The position numbers were made by a program, and so were the translations under genes. DNA of 64,000 nt. It comes from Candidatus Latescibacterota bacterium (GTDB lineage: Bacteria > Latescibacterota > UBA2968). Positions 50,771 through 59,501 of the stretch are shown piece by piece; position 1 is the stretch's first letter, and each line of letters begins with the position of its first letter. The stretch covers positions 3,456,001 to 3,520,000 of the forward strand of contig OZ244960.1 of NCBI GenBank assembly GCA_965222605.1. Reading direction: 5' to 3'. The notes below the pieces were generated by a model that did not search any database, was not told where the DNA came from, and saw only the letters and a list, made by a program, of their open reading frames with translations.

Positions 50771-51071
50771 ATTATGATGATTGCGAACTGAGGTATATAG
50801 ATAACGAAAATTGTGGTCTGTGACAAGAAAAAATTCTACGGGATTATACAGGGCCTTAAGCGTATTACACGCTTATATGGATGCTTTAGATTCATAAAAC
50901 CAATGACCGAAACGCCGAACGCCGCAGGACATTGTTGTTTATTTTTCTTGAATTGAATTTTGGTTATGTACTATTTTTGGAGTAAATTTTTGGGACCTAT
51001 ACCTTTTTAGAGGCGTTTCTAATTGAGATAGAAACCGTATTGGACTGTTTTTTAAAAAAAGGAAAATAATT

Positions 51072-54000
51072 ATGCGTATCGCGACGGTATTTTTGAGTTT
51101 GATAGTCGCTGTTTTTGAAATACACGCCAGCGAGACGGACCTCCCGCCGCGCGGAGAAGGATCCATAGCTTTTGAGATCGATGTGTGCAGTTTTCGATAT
51201 CGGGGCCGCGAGGGATTCGAAGAAGTAACCCTGCGCTTTCCCGTCGCGCAGTTTGCATTTTTGAGACAAGATTCGGGGATTTATCTCGCGCGGTACAAGC
51301 CTTCGCTGCGGGTCTTAAACGATGCCGGAGAGATTGTGCAACAGGTGGAGGCGGGAAGCAGGCTGACAGCCGAATCGCTGGAAGCCACCGTCGATACAGA
51401 CCGCATGGTATATGACATGGTGCAGGTGCGCCTGCCCGCAGGTCGCTATCGCGGAGAACTGACCTTGAGTGACTTGCAGGCCGACCGGGCGGGATTGGCG
51501 GTATTTTCTCTCGATGTACCCACTTATGATCCCGGAAAAATAGGCATGAGCGATCTGTATTTGTCCTCTGGATTCAATCCACAGGGGGCAGGAGAGAGCC
51601 TTGAGATGTTTCGAAAAGATGGGCGATTGATACTGCCCAACCCTGCGCGGCAATATCGGCGGGGGAATCCGCTCTACCTGTATTTTGAGGTGTATTATCT
51701 GGGCTATCAGAGTCATCGGGTTGCAATGCAGATAGAAGACCGATACGGACATCGCCTTTGGCGTGACCAGCGGTCATTTCCGGGCTATCGGGGTGAAGTC
51801 AAATTTGCCGAGGGTATTCCCACCCATGAACTGCTGCCGGGGACATACACGTTGCGGGTTCAAGTGGCAGCCGGGCGGGATACACTCGTATCGGCTCGAA
51901 AATTTGAGGTGATGGGTGAGACGCTTGTTCCGGCTTCGGGTTTTGATGATCGGCGAGCAAAAACAGCGCAGCATTTATTAAAATGGTTTGGTGGATCCGA
52001 GGTTGAAGCCACTTATACTGGCTTGGGACGCGCAGACCGTGCGGCATTTCTCTACGGGTTCTGGATGGACCGCAATCCGATTGTGGCGCGGTCGTATTAC
52101 AATCCGCTGCTCGGTTTCGGTGCGCCTCCTGACTTAGATGGGGCGATGATCACAGCCCTGGGCAGGCGCAAAGAAATGGCAAGGCATATCGATCCGCGCT
52201 ATGCGGCCCGACAGGTGTTGCCGGATACAGTACAGGCAAGAGATGCGCTGAAGGTGCTCAACGCGCTTCTCGAGGAAGATGGAAACGATTTGATGGGACG
52301 AGCCGCGCAGGGATATGCCTATTTGTTTGCGAGCAATTTACCCTATGCGGAACAGACGTTTAACTCGGCGTTGAACGCAGGTGGGGTATTGCCCGAAGTG
52401 TACAACGGTGTGGGGATATCCCATATCGGACGCAGGCGGTGGGACGAGGCCGTGGCGGCTTATGATCAGGTTTTGGTTCTTCGCCCCAATTGGAAGACCG
52501 CGCAGGTCAACCGCGCGCTTGCCCGTTTGTTGGGGGGCAAACAGCGGGCAGAAGACGCCTTGAAGGAGGCGATTGAAGCCTATCCGCATCACCCGGAGTT
52601 GCTGTATTTGCTCGGGCGGGTGTTTGAACGCGAGGGCAAGGTCGAATCTGCCGAGAAAGCCTATACCCGACAGACTGTGGTAAATCCGATGCACGCGCGG
52701 GCGCGATTCGATCTGGGGCGGGTATGGTTGAAACGAGGACAACGCGCAAGGGCGACGCGCGTGTGGCGCGAGTTGATGGATACGCGCCCCGAACTGCGTG
52801 CGGAATGTCTTCCCTTGCTCCTAAGTGTGTATCAGCGGATGGGTGAAACAGGAGAGGCGCAAAAGGTAATGGCCGAGTATTTGCGTACGGTAGATGGCGA
52901 TATGCACGGCCTTCTGCAAGATATTCGATTATTGGCGACGGTGAAAGAGGTTGCCGCTTATGAAGCATTGCCGCCCGAGCAGCAGCCGATTTTTGTGCGG
53001 ATGTTCTGGCAGCGCCGCGATCCCACGCCGGCCACGCCGGGCAATGAGCGTCTGGTGGAGCACTATCGGCGAGTATTATATGCAATGCAACATTTTTCCA
53101 CTGGGCAAAAGCCGTGGGACAAACGCGGAGAGATTTATATTCGCTATGGAGAACCGGCACACAAGAGCCGCGCAGGCGATGTGCGCTATGAGATGGATCC
53201 GGATGTGGTGCGGGTTAAGGAGCGATTGTGGATGAGCTTGACTCCCGAGGCGCATAAAGAGATTATTGCGCGGATGGGCAGGCTGCGGACATCGACGCGG
53301 GATGTGCAATATCAAGGCGAAGATGCCGGGGATTTGATTGTTTCAGATTTTGAGTCTATTGATTACGAATTAAATCCCAATCGCACGTTTTTTGGGGGTG
53401 GTGCTGATCGCAATGATGGAAAATATTATGACGATGTTCAGGATTCGCACCGCGATCGCGATGCGGGTATGACGAATATTCGGGGTTTTCCCATCTTTCC
53501 CATTGATGGCGGGACGCGCTGGGAATATTGGATTTATCCCGATGTGGCAGGTGGTATTGAGGTCGTTTTTTCGGCGTTGGATTCTCGCGGTGCATTCGAT
53601 TTCCCCGATATGCCGCAGGGTCGCGTGCTGTCAACTTTTAATCAGAGCCAATGGACAGCAAAAAGACCCGATCGGGTGATGGCGCGGGCGGTGCGGCAAC
53701 AATCTGAAATTTATCGGCCCGTAACAGATGATTTAGCGTTTCACTTCGATGCGATAGATTTTCGCGGGGAGAGTCCGCGCAGCCGGTTAGAGGTCTATTA
53801 CGGTGTGCCTTTAGTTGCTCTGATTGATTCGGAGCGAATAGAAGGTCAAGTTGAACGGGGTATTGCTCTGTTTGACAGTACGTGGACACCGGTTTTTCGG
53901 AAGGTCGCCGGGTTGCCTTTTGCCGTGTCAGATGATACTGAGGTGGGTAGTGGAACACTATTGATTGATGAATTGGCACTTAATGTGCCGCCGGGCAAAT

Positions 54001-54536
54001 ATTATTTGGGCGTGGAAGTGCATGATCGCGCTCGCAATTTGATGGGCGCTTATACGCGCGAGGTGGAGGTGGAGCCATATAAGGGCGGTGAGTTGGGATT
54101 GAGCGATATAGAGATGGCCGGATCGGTAGTGGAGGATGTTGCGGTGAAGGTCAAAGGAGGGCATAAGGTCGTGCCTATGCCATCCAAAACCTATGTGCCG
54201 GGACAACCCGTGACGATTTATTACGAGGTCTATGGGTTGACATTTGACGAATTAGGTCAGACGCGATACCAGATGGATTACAAAATTTCACCTCGAAAAG
54301 GCAAACCTCTGGTCGTGACGATTTTGCGTGCGGTCGGAAAATTGTTGGGCATTGAAGAGAAGAAAGTGGTGACAATTTCTTACGAGCAGGTGGGTACGCG
54401 GGAAACAGAGTACAATTATCTGGAGATTGATGTGAGTGGGTCAGAGGCGGGGCACTATGAGATGGAGGTGACGGTAACGGATTTGAATACGGGTATGAAG
54501 GTAAGCAAAGAGGTGATATTTTTTATTGCTCCTTGA
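51072..54536 (+). CDS. TPR + GWxTD-domain protein
   Basis: Signal peptide, TPRs, FWQRRDPTPATPGNE..VEHYRRV, PWDKRGEIYIRYGEP, WEYWIY. Confidence 0.88.
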   Translation: MRIATVFLSLIVAVFEIHASETDLPPRGEGSIAFEIDVCSFRYRGREGFEEVTLRFPVAQFAFLRQDSGIYLARYKPSLRVLNDAGEIVQQVEAGSRLTAESLEATVDTDRMVYDMVQVRLPAGRYRGELTLSDLQADRAGLAVFSLDVPTYDPGKIGMSDLYLSSGFNPQGAGESLEMFRKDGRLILPNPARQYRRGNPLYLYFEVYYLGYQSHRVAMQIEDRYGHRLWRDQRSFPGYRGEVKFAEGIPTHELLPGTYTLRVQVAAGRDTLVSARKFEVMGETLVPASGFDDRRAKTAQHLLKWFGGSEVEATYTGLGRADRAAFLYGFWMDRNPIVARSYYNPLLGFGAPPDLDGAMITALGRRKEMARHIDPRYAARQVLPDTVQARDALKVLNALLEEDGNDLMGRAAQGYAYLFASNLPYAEQTFNSALNAGGVLPEVYNGVGISHIGRRRWDEAVAAYDQVLVLRPNWKTAQVNRALARLLGGKQRAEDALKEAIEAYPHHPELLYLLGRVFEREGKVESAEKAYTRQTVVNPMHARARFDLGRVWLKRGQRARATRVWRELMDTRPELRAECLPLLLSVYQRMGETGEAQKVMAEYLRTVDGDMHGLLQDIRLLATVKEVAAYEALPPEQQPIFVRMFWQRRDPTPATPGNERLVEHYRRVLYAMQHFSTGQKPWDKRGEIYIRYGEPAHKSRAGDVRYEMDPDVVRVKERLWMSLTPEAHKEIIARMGRLRTSTRDVQYQGEDAGDLIVSDFESIDYELNPNRTFFGGGADRNDGKYYDDVQDSHRDRDAGMTNIRGFPIFPIDGGTRWEYWIYPDVAGGIEVVFSALDSRGAFDFPDMPQGRVLSTFNQSQWTAKRPDRVMARAVRQQSEIYRPVTDDLAFHFDAIDFRGESPRSRLEVYYGVPLVALIDSERIEGQVERGIALFDSTWTPVFRKVAGLPFAVSDDTEVGSGTLLIDELALNVPPGKYYLGVEVHDRARNLMGAYTREVEVEPYKGGELGLSDIEMAGSVVEDVAVKVKGGHKVVPMPSKTYVPGQPVTIYYEVYGLTFDELGQTRYQMDYKISPRKGKPLVVTILRAVGKLLGIEEKKVVTISYEQVGTRETEYNYLEIDVSGSEAGHYEMEVTVTDLNTGMKVSKEVIFFIAP

Positions 54537-54599
54537 CATCTCTTCTGCTCAATGGTGGCATACATAATTGACAAGTAATGTGAAGCGATGGACAAACGC

Positions 54600-54641
54600 A
54601 AAAAAAAAATAAGCCCCGCAATACGGGGCTTATTTTTTTTT
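54600..54641. terminator. Bidirectional intrinsic terminator between convergent genes
   Basis: A10-TAAGCCCCG-CAATA-CGGGGCTTA-T9. The recombinase stop codon lies in one arm. Confidence 0.85.
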
Positions 54642-55619
54642 ACATCCATATCGCAACCGTGCTACAGCACCAGTGCCAGCGAGTTGAGCGCGTGCATAAT
54701 GGGCAGGCATAGATGTGTCGCGCCATCGCCCCGCTATTTGCATCTCGACGATCGATGCACCCGCTGTTGCAAGGGACTGCGCCGATCCAATACGGAGCGA
54801 GTGCCCTGAGAACCGTCCAGAGATTCCTGTAGCGGCGGTACGCTGTTTTACGATGTTCCTGATTGCGCGGGTTGTCAGTCGCCCAGTTCCCAGATGATCG
54901 CCACGGCGCACGCGGCGAAAGAGGGGGCCATCGTCAATTTGGGCGGCGTTCAGCCAAGCCGTCACTGCCGTTGCTGTTGTCGGTCCAATGTACAGGATGC
55001 TGCTGCGCCCTTCCTGGTCGGTTTTAGACCATCGCACGGTAATGCGGGCACTGCCGTCCTTGACGTGTAAAAAATCTTCGACATCGAGGGCAACGCATTC
55101 AGACACGCGCAGGAGTGCGTCAGACATGACGGCGATGATGGCCGCATCCCGAAGGCCAGCGAGGGTGTGATCACTTTGAGCGACGCGTACCACTCTGTCC
55201 GCGTCATGCCAGCGCAGGCCATCCATTTGCCCCCGTCCGCGGTCTCGTCCCTGGCGTCGTATGCCTGCTAATACACGCTGGGTGGCTGGACCAATGGGAT
55301 CAGCATGGCCCTGGTGTTTCACGCGAAACCGGATTGCGCCCACGATTTGTGTACAGGTAGCTGGGCTGGTTCCTACTTCATACCGCACCGTCAGATATTC
55401 GGCGATGAGTGTATCGCTTTCCGCTCGGTCGTTGCGAAATGTATCCCAGGCATAAAGCGCAGACCGATAAGCTCTAATGGTAGCAGGAGCGAGTGATGCA
55501 CGCGCGAGTTCGGCCGCGGGCATTGAGAGTGTCTGAGCGGTGTGACCTGCCTGCATAGAACATCTGCAGGTGGGCAGGTGCATGGACTGGGATGTGGATG
55601 TTTTAATCATTGTGGCCAT
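54630..55619 (-). CDS. Cre-like tyrosine site-specific recombinase
   Basis: Catalytic set R (LLRVSE), K (WSKTDQEG), HxxR (GHSLRIG), W in place of the second His (AGRW) and Y (MPAHYAR), as in Cre. N-terminal APATIRAY core-binding helix. Start uncertain. Confidence 0.9.
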   Translation of the reverse strand: MATMIKTSTSQSMHLPTCRCSMQAGHTAQTLSMPAAELARASLAPATIRAYRSALYAWDTFRNDRAESDTLIAEYLTVRYEVGTSPATCTQIVGAIRFRVKHQGHADPIGPATQRVLAGIRRQGRDRGRGQMDGLRWHDADRVVRVAQSDHTLAGLRDAAIIAVMSDALLRVSECVALDVEDFLHVKDGSARITVRWSKTDQEGRSSILYIGPTTATAVTAWLNAAQIDDGPLFRRVRRGDHLGTGRLTTRAIRNIVKQRTAATGISGRFSGHSLRIGSAQSLATAGASIVEMQIAGRWRDTSMPAHYARAQLAGTGAVARLRYGCKKK

Positions 55620-55734
55620 TTTTTTCGGTATTGTGCAAATCAGTGGAGCAGGTGGTTTTTATTAGACGCTTACGCTATCCGATTTAGATTCATCAATTAG
55701 ACACGCGATAGCCTTTTTTTAGACTTGTGACCTG

Positions 55735-55768
55735 TTTATTTCCGATAATCCAACTTATCGGAAATAAA
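55735..55768. other. 34-bp loxP-shaped recombination site (candidate target of the adjacent recombinase)
   Basis: TTTATTTCCGATAA-TCCAAC-TTATCGGAAATAAA: perfect 14-bp inverted arms around an asymmetric 6-bp core (equivalently 13-8-13). Confidence 0.85.
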
Positions 55769-55976
55769 GGGCAATGAAGTGTTGCGGCTCTATTTGGTAT
55801 TTGACCAGATGAAATAGCCGAAATGCCAAATATCGCAGGATATTGTTGTTTGTACCCTGGCTTCTTTTTTTATCTCGGCAATTTTTTTTAAAATTTTAAT
55901 AGATTAAAATTTAAATTGTTTAAAAATAATATGTTATGAGCGAAATTTACATATCGCATATTTTGGTCTATAACAC

Positions 55977-56005
55977 TTGACAGACTTTGAGGCACATATT
56001 AAATT
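55977..56005 (+). promoter_or_regulatory. Sigma70 promoter inside the putative invertible segment, facing the TBDR operon
   Basis: TTGACA (55977-55982), 17 bp, TAAATT (56000-56005). Confidence 0.75.
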
Positions 56006-56033
56006 GGTCAATCGTTGGATTATCGGAAATTAT
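56000..56033. other. Second, inverted recombination site (intact outer arm + same core, degenerate inner arm overlapping the -10 box)
   Basis: GTTGGATTATCGGAAAT (56014-56030) is the exact reverse complement of 55738-55754. Confidence 0.75.
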
Positions 56034-56267
56034 AGTTAATAATGAAGAAACCGACATCATAGATCGAAAGGAGGTGGCGCATTTAAGCCTGTTTTTGCAA
56101 TCAGAGGGAGGGAATTAAGAAGGAGGTGATGTTTAAGGGCTTATCGATATTGTTTTTTAGTTGGTAGTTTCTCCTTATCAGATGGAGAAATTAGCTTGTG
56201 GGAATGAGCCAGGTGAGCCTTTCCCGTATCTTTCCCAAAGCCGGGGAAGAAACCAAAGGAGGAGTTT

Positions 56268-59200
56268 ATGTACCGTTTGAGAGCTGGGTTTATAGCCTTG
56301 CTTGCCATTGCTCTGGGGTTTGGGCTGGCGTATCAGGCCGATGCACAGACCACCACGGGTAAAATTGCGGGTCGCATCACAGATGCTGGTGGCGACCCTC
56401 TGCCCGGGGCTAACGTAGTTCTTGTAGGCACCAGAATGGGAGCCACAGCAGATGTCAATGGCGATTACTTTATTATTCAGGTTTCGCCAGGCGTGTACGA
56501 AGTTCAGGCATCGCTTGTGGGATATCACACGGTGAGCAAGACGGATGTGGTGGTGAGTATTGACCGCACATCCCCTGTGAATTTTTCCCTGACAGAATCG
56601 ACCGTTGAATTGAGTGAGATCACGGTTGTGGCTGAGCGTCCGCCGGTTGAGTTGGAAGTTTCTTATGCTCAGACGATTATGAAGGCAAGTGAAGTTCGCG
56701 AAGCACCCACAGGTCCCCGCCTGCGCGACGCGTTTGCCACGCAGGTAGGTGTGGATAGCGATGACTGGGGTTTGACCATTCGCGGCGCAAGTGAAGAAGA
56801 GATGTTGTATACAATGGACGGTGTGGGTATGAAAGACAACCGCAATAACCGTCCGTATTCTTCTTTTAGCAAAACAAATCTGGCAGAAGTTCAGATTTTG
56901 ACAGGTGGCTTTAGTGCTGAATATGGCGATGCGCGCAGTGGCGTTGTCAATATTGTGACCCGTGAGCCTCGTCAGTTTACGATCAGTGCAGATGCGCGTT
57001 ATAATCCCGCTGGTCGCAAGCACTTTGGTCCCGACGTATATAGCTCGGACAATTGGTGGGATATTGGTCGTTTTGAGAGCGATGGCGCTACAGCAGATCG
57101 CAATGGCGATGGTGTGCCTGACTTTAAGGGTTGGACGCAGGAGTTCAGTGATCGCGGCGGTCCGGCAGGCGAATGGACTGCGGGTATTTACGATCTCCCG
57201 ATAACGACTGTTGCTCAAGCCAAAGGGATATGGGCATGGCAGCATCGCAACTTTGAATTAGAAGGGAATAATGGCTTTAATGCCAATGCTGCTGATCGCG
57301 AATCCGATTATCACTACGATGTGACGGTTGGCACACCGGTGATCAGCGATAAATTGTCGGTGATGTTGACCAATCAGCGCGAGCGTACGGCTTATACTTA
57401 CGACTTGTCCAAAACGTCGTATCGCGACAACCTGGCGCAGGCCAAACTGACGTTTACACCAACTGCCACAACAAAACTATCGCTGGGTTATTTGCGTGGT
57501 TGGGCAGATGGTACAAAAACAGGCGACTTTACGGGAACCTTTGTCAGATCGCAGGTGGAAGCCTCACGCCGTTTTGATGATGTTCAGATGTTTGCGCCGG
57601 GGTCTCAAGCCAATCAAGAGACCATTGACCGCAATTATTATACTCTGAATTGGTCGCACACATTGTCACCTAAGACATTTTACAATATCACTGCGCGTTA
57701 TGGCAGAACGGATTGGGAAGCCACATGGCAGAAACCTCAAGCCGTGGGTATTCCCGCGGCAGCGGTTTATCCCGATGGTCGGGTTGAAGAGATTACCGAA
57801 TCCGGCGTTGCATCTGCGCAATCAGCAGGTGCTGTGATTCTGGATGAAGCGCCTGTGGGTTGGAACTATGCCAACCGCCGCGTCGATATTCTGGGTATTT
57901 ACCGTTTGCGCGGTGGCGGTGGTGCCAGCCGTTCAGCGGACTGGTCTTATATCAAAGAGACGGATCTGACTTTTGATATTACCAGCCAAATGACACCGCA
58001 TCATCAGGTCAAAGCCGGTATTCAAGCGCATACGTTTTTCCTGCGTGAATATCGCGGTTATACCTCCACACTGCCAGACCGCCCCGAAGGTTGGGAAAAC
58101 GACAATCCGGCAGATATCGTGGCGACGCAAACAGCCAACTTGCACAATTATTGGGTGAAGACGCCGTGGTATGGTGGTTTCTTCGTGCAAGATCGTATGG
58201 AGTATCGCCAGATCGTAGTCAATGCGGGGCTGAGACTGGATTTTCACCGTCCGGACAAGTGGTTTGATCTGGTAGGACAGCCGCATGCAGAATACCTGGG
58301 ATCGAATGCCGAATTGTTATACGAAAATCGACGCTCGGTTCGCGCGCCGACCAAGTGGGCGTGGAGTCCGCGTTTTGGCGTATCTCACCCAACAACGGCG
58401 ACTTCCAAGCTCTTTTTTAACTACGGTCACTTCTATCAGGTGCCGACGACAGTAGAACTCTACCGTGCGCAGTCCGGTGCGGGTGAGCCATTGGAGAACT
58501 TTGGCAACACATGGGTAGAAATGCCTCAGACCATCGCTTATGAGCTTGGTTTTGAGAAGAGTTTTGAAGGCAAGTATCTGGCTTCGGGCACGGTGTATTT
58601 TAAGGACATCGACAAAGAACTCGAACCGAGTACGAGTTATTATCCCGAAAACAGTACTGGCAGGCGCACGCGGTGGACAACCCAGGGACGGATCAAGGAT
58701 GTGCGCGGTTATGAGCTTGCGTTTAAGAAATCGCGCGGTCAGTTCTTGACGGGTTTTATTTCTTATGATTACCGCCAGGAGCGCAGCAAGCGGATTGGGT
58801 GGGACCGCATCTATGACCAGAATACGGTTTCCACGCCTTCCCGCCTGATTATTGAAGGTAGTGCCAATGCCGCTAATCCACAATTTAAGCCGCGTCCAAT
58901 CTGGAAGTTGGGTTTGAACTTCCGAACGCCGCTGGATTACGGCGCCGAACAGCGCATGTTGAAGGGCGGTTGGGAAGCCAATTTGTTCTTCCGCCGAGAA
59001 GGCGGTTGGTGGATGAATCACAATCCGACTAATGATTCTGCGCTGCAGAATGTGTTGAATGTGCAGTGGACAGATAGCAACATGACAGATCTGCGGATTT
59101 CAAAAGCCTTTGATACCAGGGGCGCGCCGCTGTTGTATTTGGAGATTCACAATATTTTCAATTTCAAGAACTTCAACAATCTGCGCGACTACGATGGCGA

Positions 59201-59411
59201 GGTCTGGGACTATCCAGGCACAAATGACGATGCCAAAGCCGACGCGTATATGGAGCGGCTCGGGTGGACTGTTGATGCCAGCGGCAAACTTCAGGAAGGT
59301 AGCCGTCCGGGTTCCGATGTCGATCTGGACAATTTCCCGGAAACGCGCCGTCCTTATATCGTCTATCTGGACCGTCGAGACATCACGTTTGGTTTGCGAT
59401 TCTCGTTCTGA
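56268..59411 (+). CDS. TonB-dependent receptor with N-terminal carboxypeptidase-regulatory-like domain
   Basis: AGGAGG RBS. TTGKIAGRITD...LPGANV, GGFSAEYGDARSGVVNI, QDRMEY, SPRFGVSHP, terminal LRFSF. Confidence 0.92.
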   Translation: MYRLRAGFIALLAIALGFGLAYQADAQTTTGKIAGRITDAGGDPLPGANVVLVGTRMGATADVNGDYFIIQVSPGVYEVQASLVGYHTVSKTDVVVSIDRTSPVNFSLTESTVELSEITVVAERPPVELEVSYAQTIMKASEVREAPTGPRLRDAFATQVGVDSDDWGLTIRGASEEEMLYTMDGVGMKDNRNNRPYSSFSKTNLAEVQILTGGFSAEYGDARSGVVNIVTREPRQFTISADARYNPAGRKHFGPDVYSSDNWWDIGRFESDGATADRNGDGVPDFKGWTQEFSDRGGPAGEWTAGIYDLPITTVAQAKGIWAWQHRNFELEGNNGFNANAADRESDYHYDVTVGTPVISDKLSVMLTNQRERTAYTYDLSKTSYRDNLAQAKLTFTPTATTKLSLGYLRGWADGTKTGDFTGTFVRSQVEASRRFDDVQMFAPGSQANQETIDRNYYTLNWSHTLSPKTFYNITARYGRTDWEATWQKPQAVGIPAAAVYPDGRVEEITESGVASAQSAGAVILDEAPVGWNYANRRVDILGIYRLRGGGGASRSADWSYIKETDLTFDITSQMTPHHQVKAGIQAHTFFLREYRGYTSTLPDRPEGWENDNPADIVATQTANLHNYWVKTPWYGGFFVQDRMEYRQIVVNAGLRLDFHRPDKWFDLVGQPHAEYLGSNAELLYENRRSVRAPTKWAWSPRFGVSHPTTATSKLFFNYGHFYQVPTTVELYRAQSGAGEPLENFGNTWVEMPQTIAYELGFEKSFEGKYLASGTVYFKDIDKELEPSTSYYPENSTGRRTRWTTQGRIKDVRGYELAFKKSRGQFLTGFISYDYRQERSKRIGWDRIYDQNTVSTPSRLIIEGSANAANPQFKPRPIWKLGLNFRTPLDYGAEQRMLKGGWEANLFFRREGGWWMNHNPTNDSALQNVLNVQWTDSNMTDLRISKAFDTRGAPLLYLEIHNIFNFKNFNNLRDYDGEVWDYPGTNDDAKADAYMERLGWTVDASGKLQEGSRPGSDVDLDNFPETRRPYIVYLDRRDITFGLRFSF

Positions 59412-59424
59412 CCTTTTCATCCCT

Positions 59425-59450
59425 GCCCTCTCCTGTGAGTGGGAGAGGGC
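59425..59450. other. Intercistronic hairpin (GCCCTCTCC...GGAGAGGGC), REP-like or mRNA stabiliser
   Basis: 9-bp GC-rich stem just after the TBDR stop. Confidence 0.5.
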
Positions 59451-59501
59451 TAAAGGGGATCGCTGTTTGAATTGTAGATATTTCTCAAGGAGTATAAACT
59501 T

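Noticed and set aside
54630-55619. Recombinase as a prophage or ICE integrase
   Set aside because: No phage or conjugation genes, no tRNA target and no flanking direct att repeats seen.
55735-55768. Palindrome as an intrinsic terminator or chromosomal dif site
   Set aside because: It lies between divergent genes, is AT-rich and fully symmetric, unlike distinct XerC/XerD arms. It also has an inverted partner with the same core next to a Cre-like gene.
56178-57245. Long opposite-strand or alternate-frame ORFs (e.g. 56178..57245, 42969..43928, 27462..28316, 24751..25581, 61978..62733)
   Set aside because: They are shadows of well-supported genes, with no motifs or RBS.
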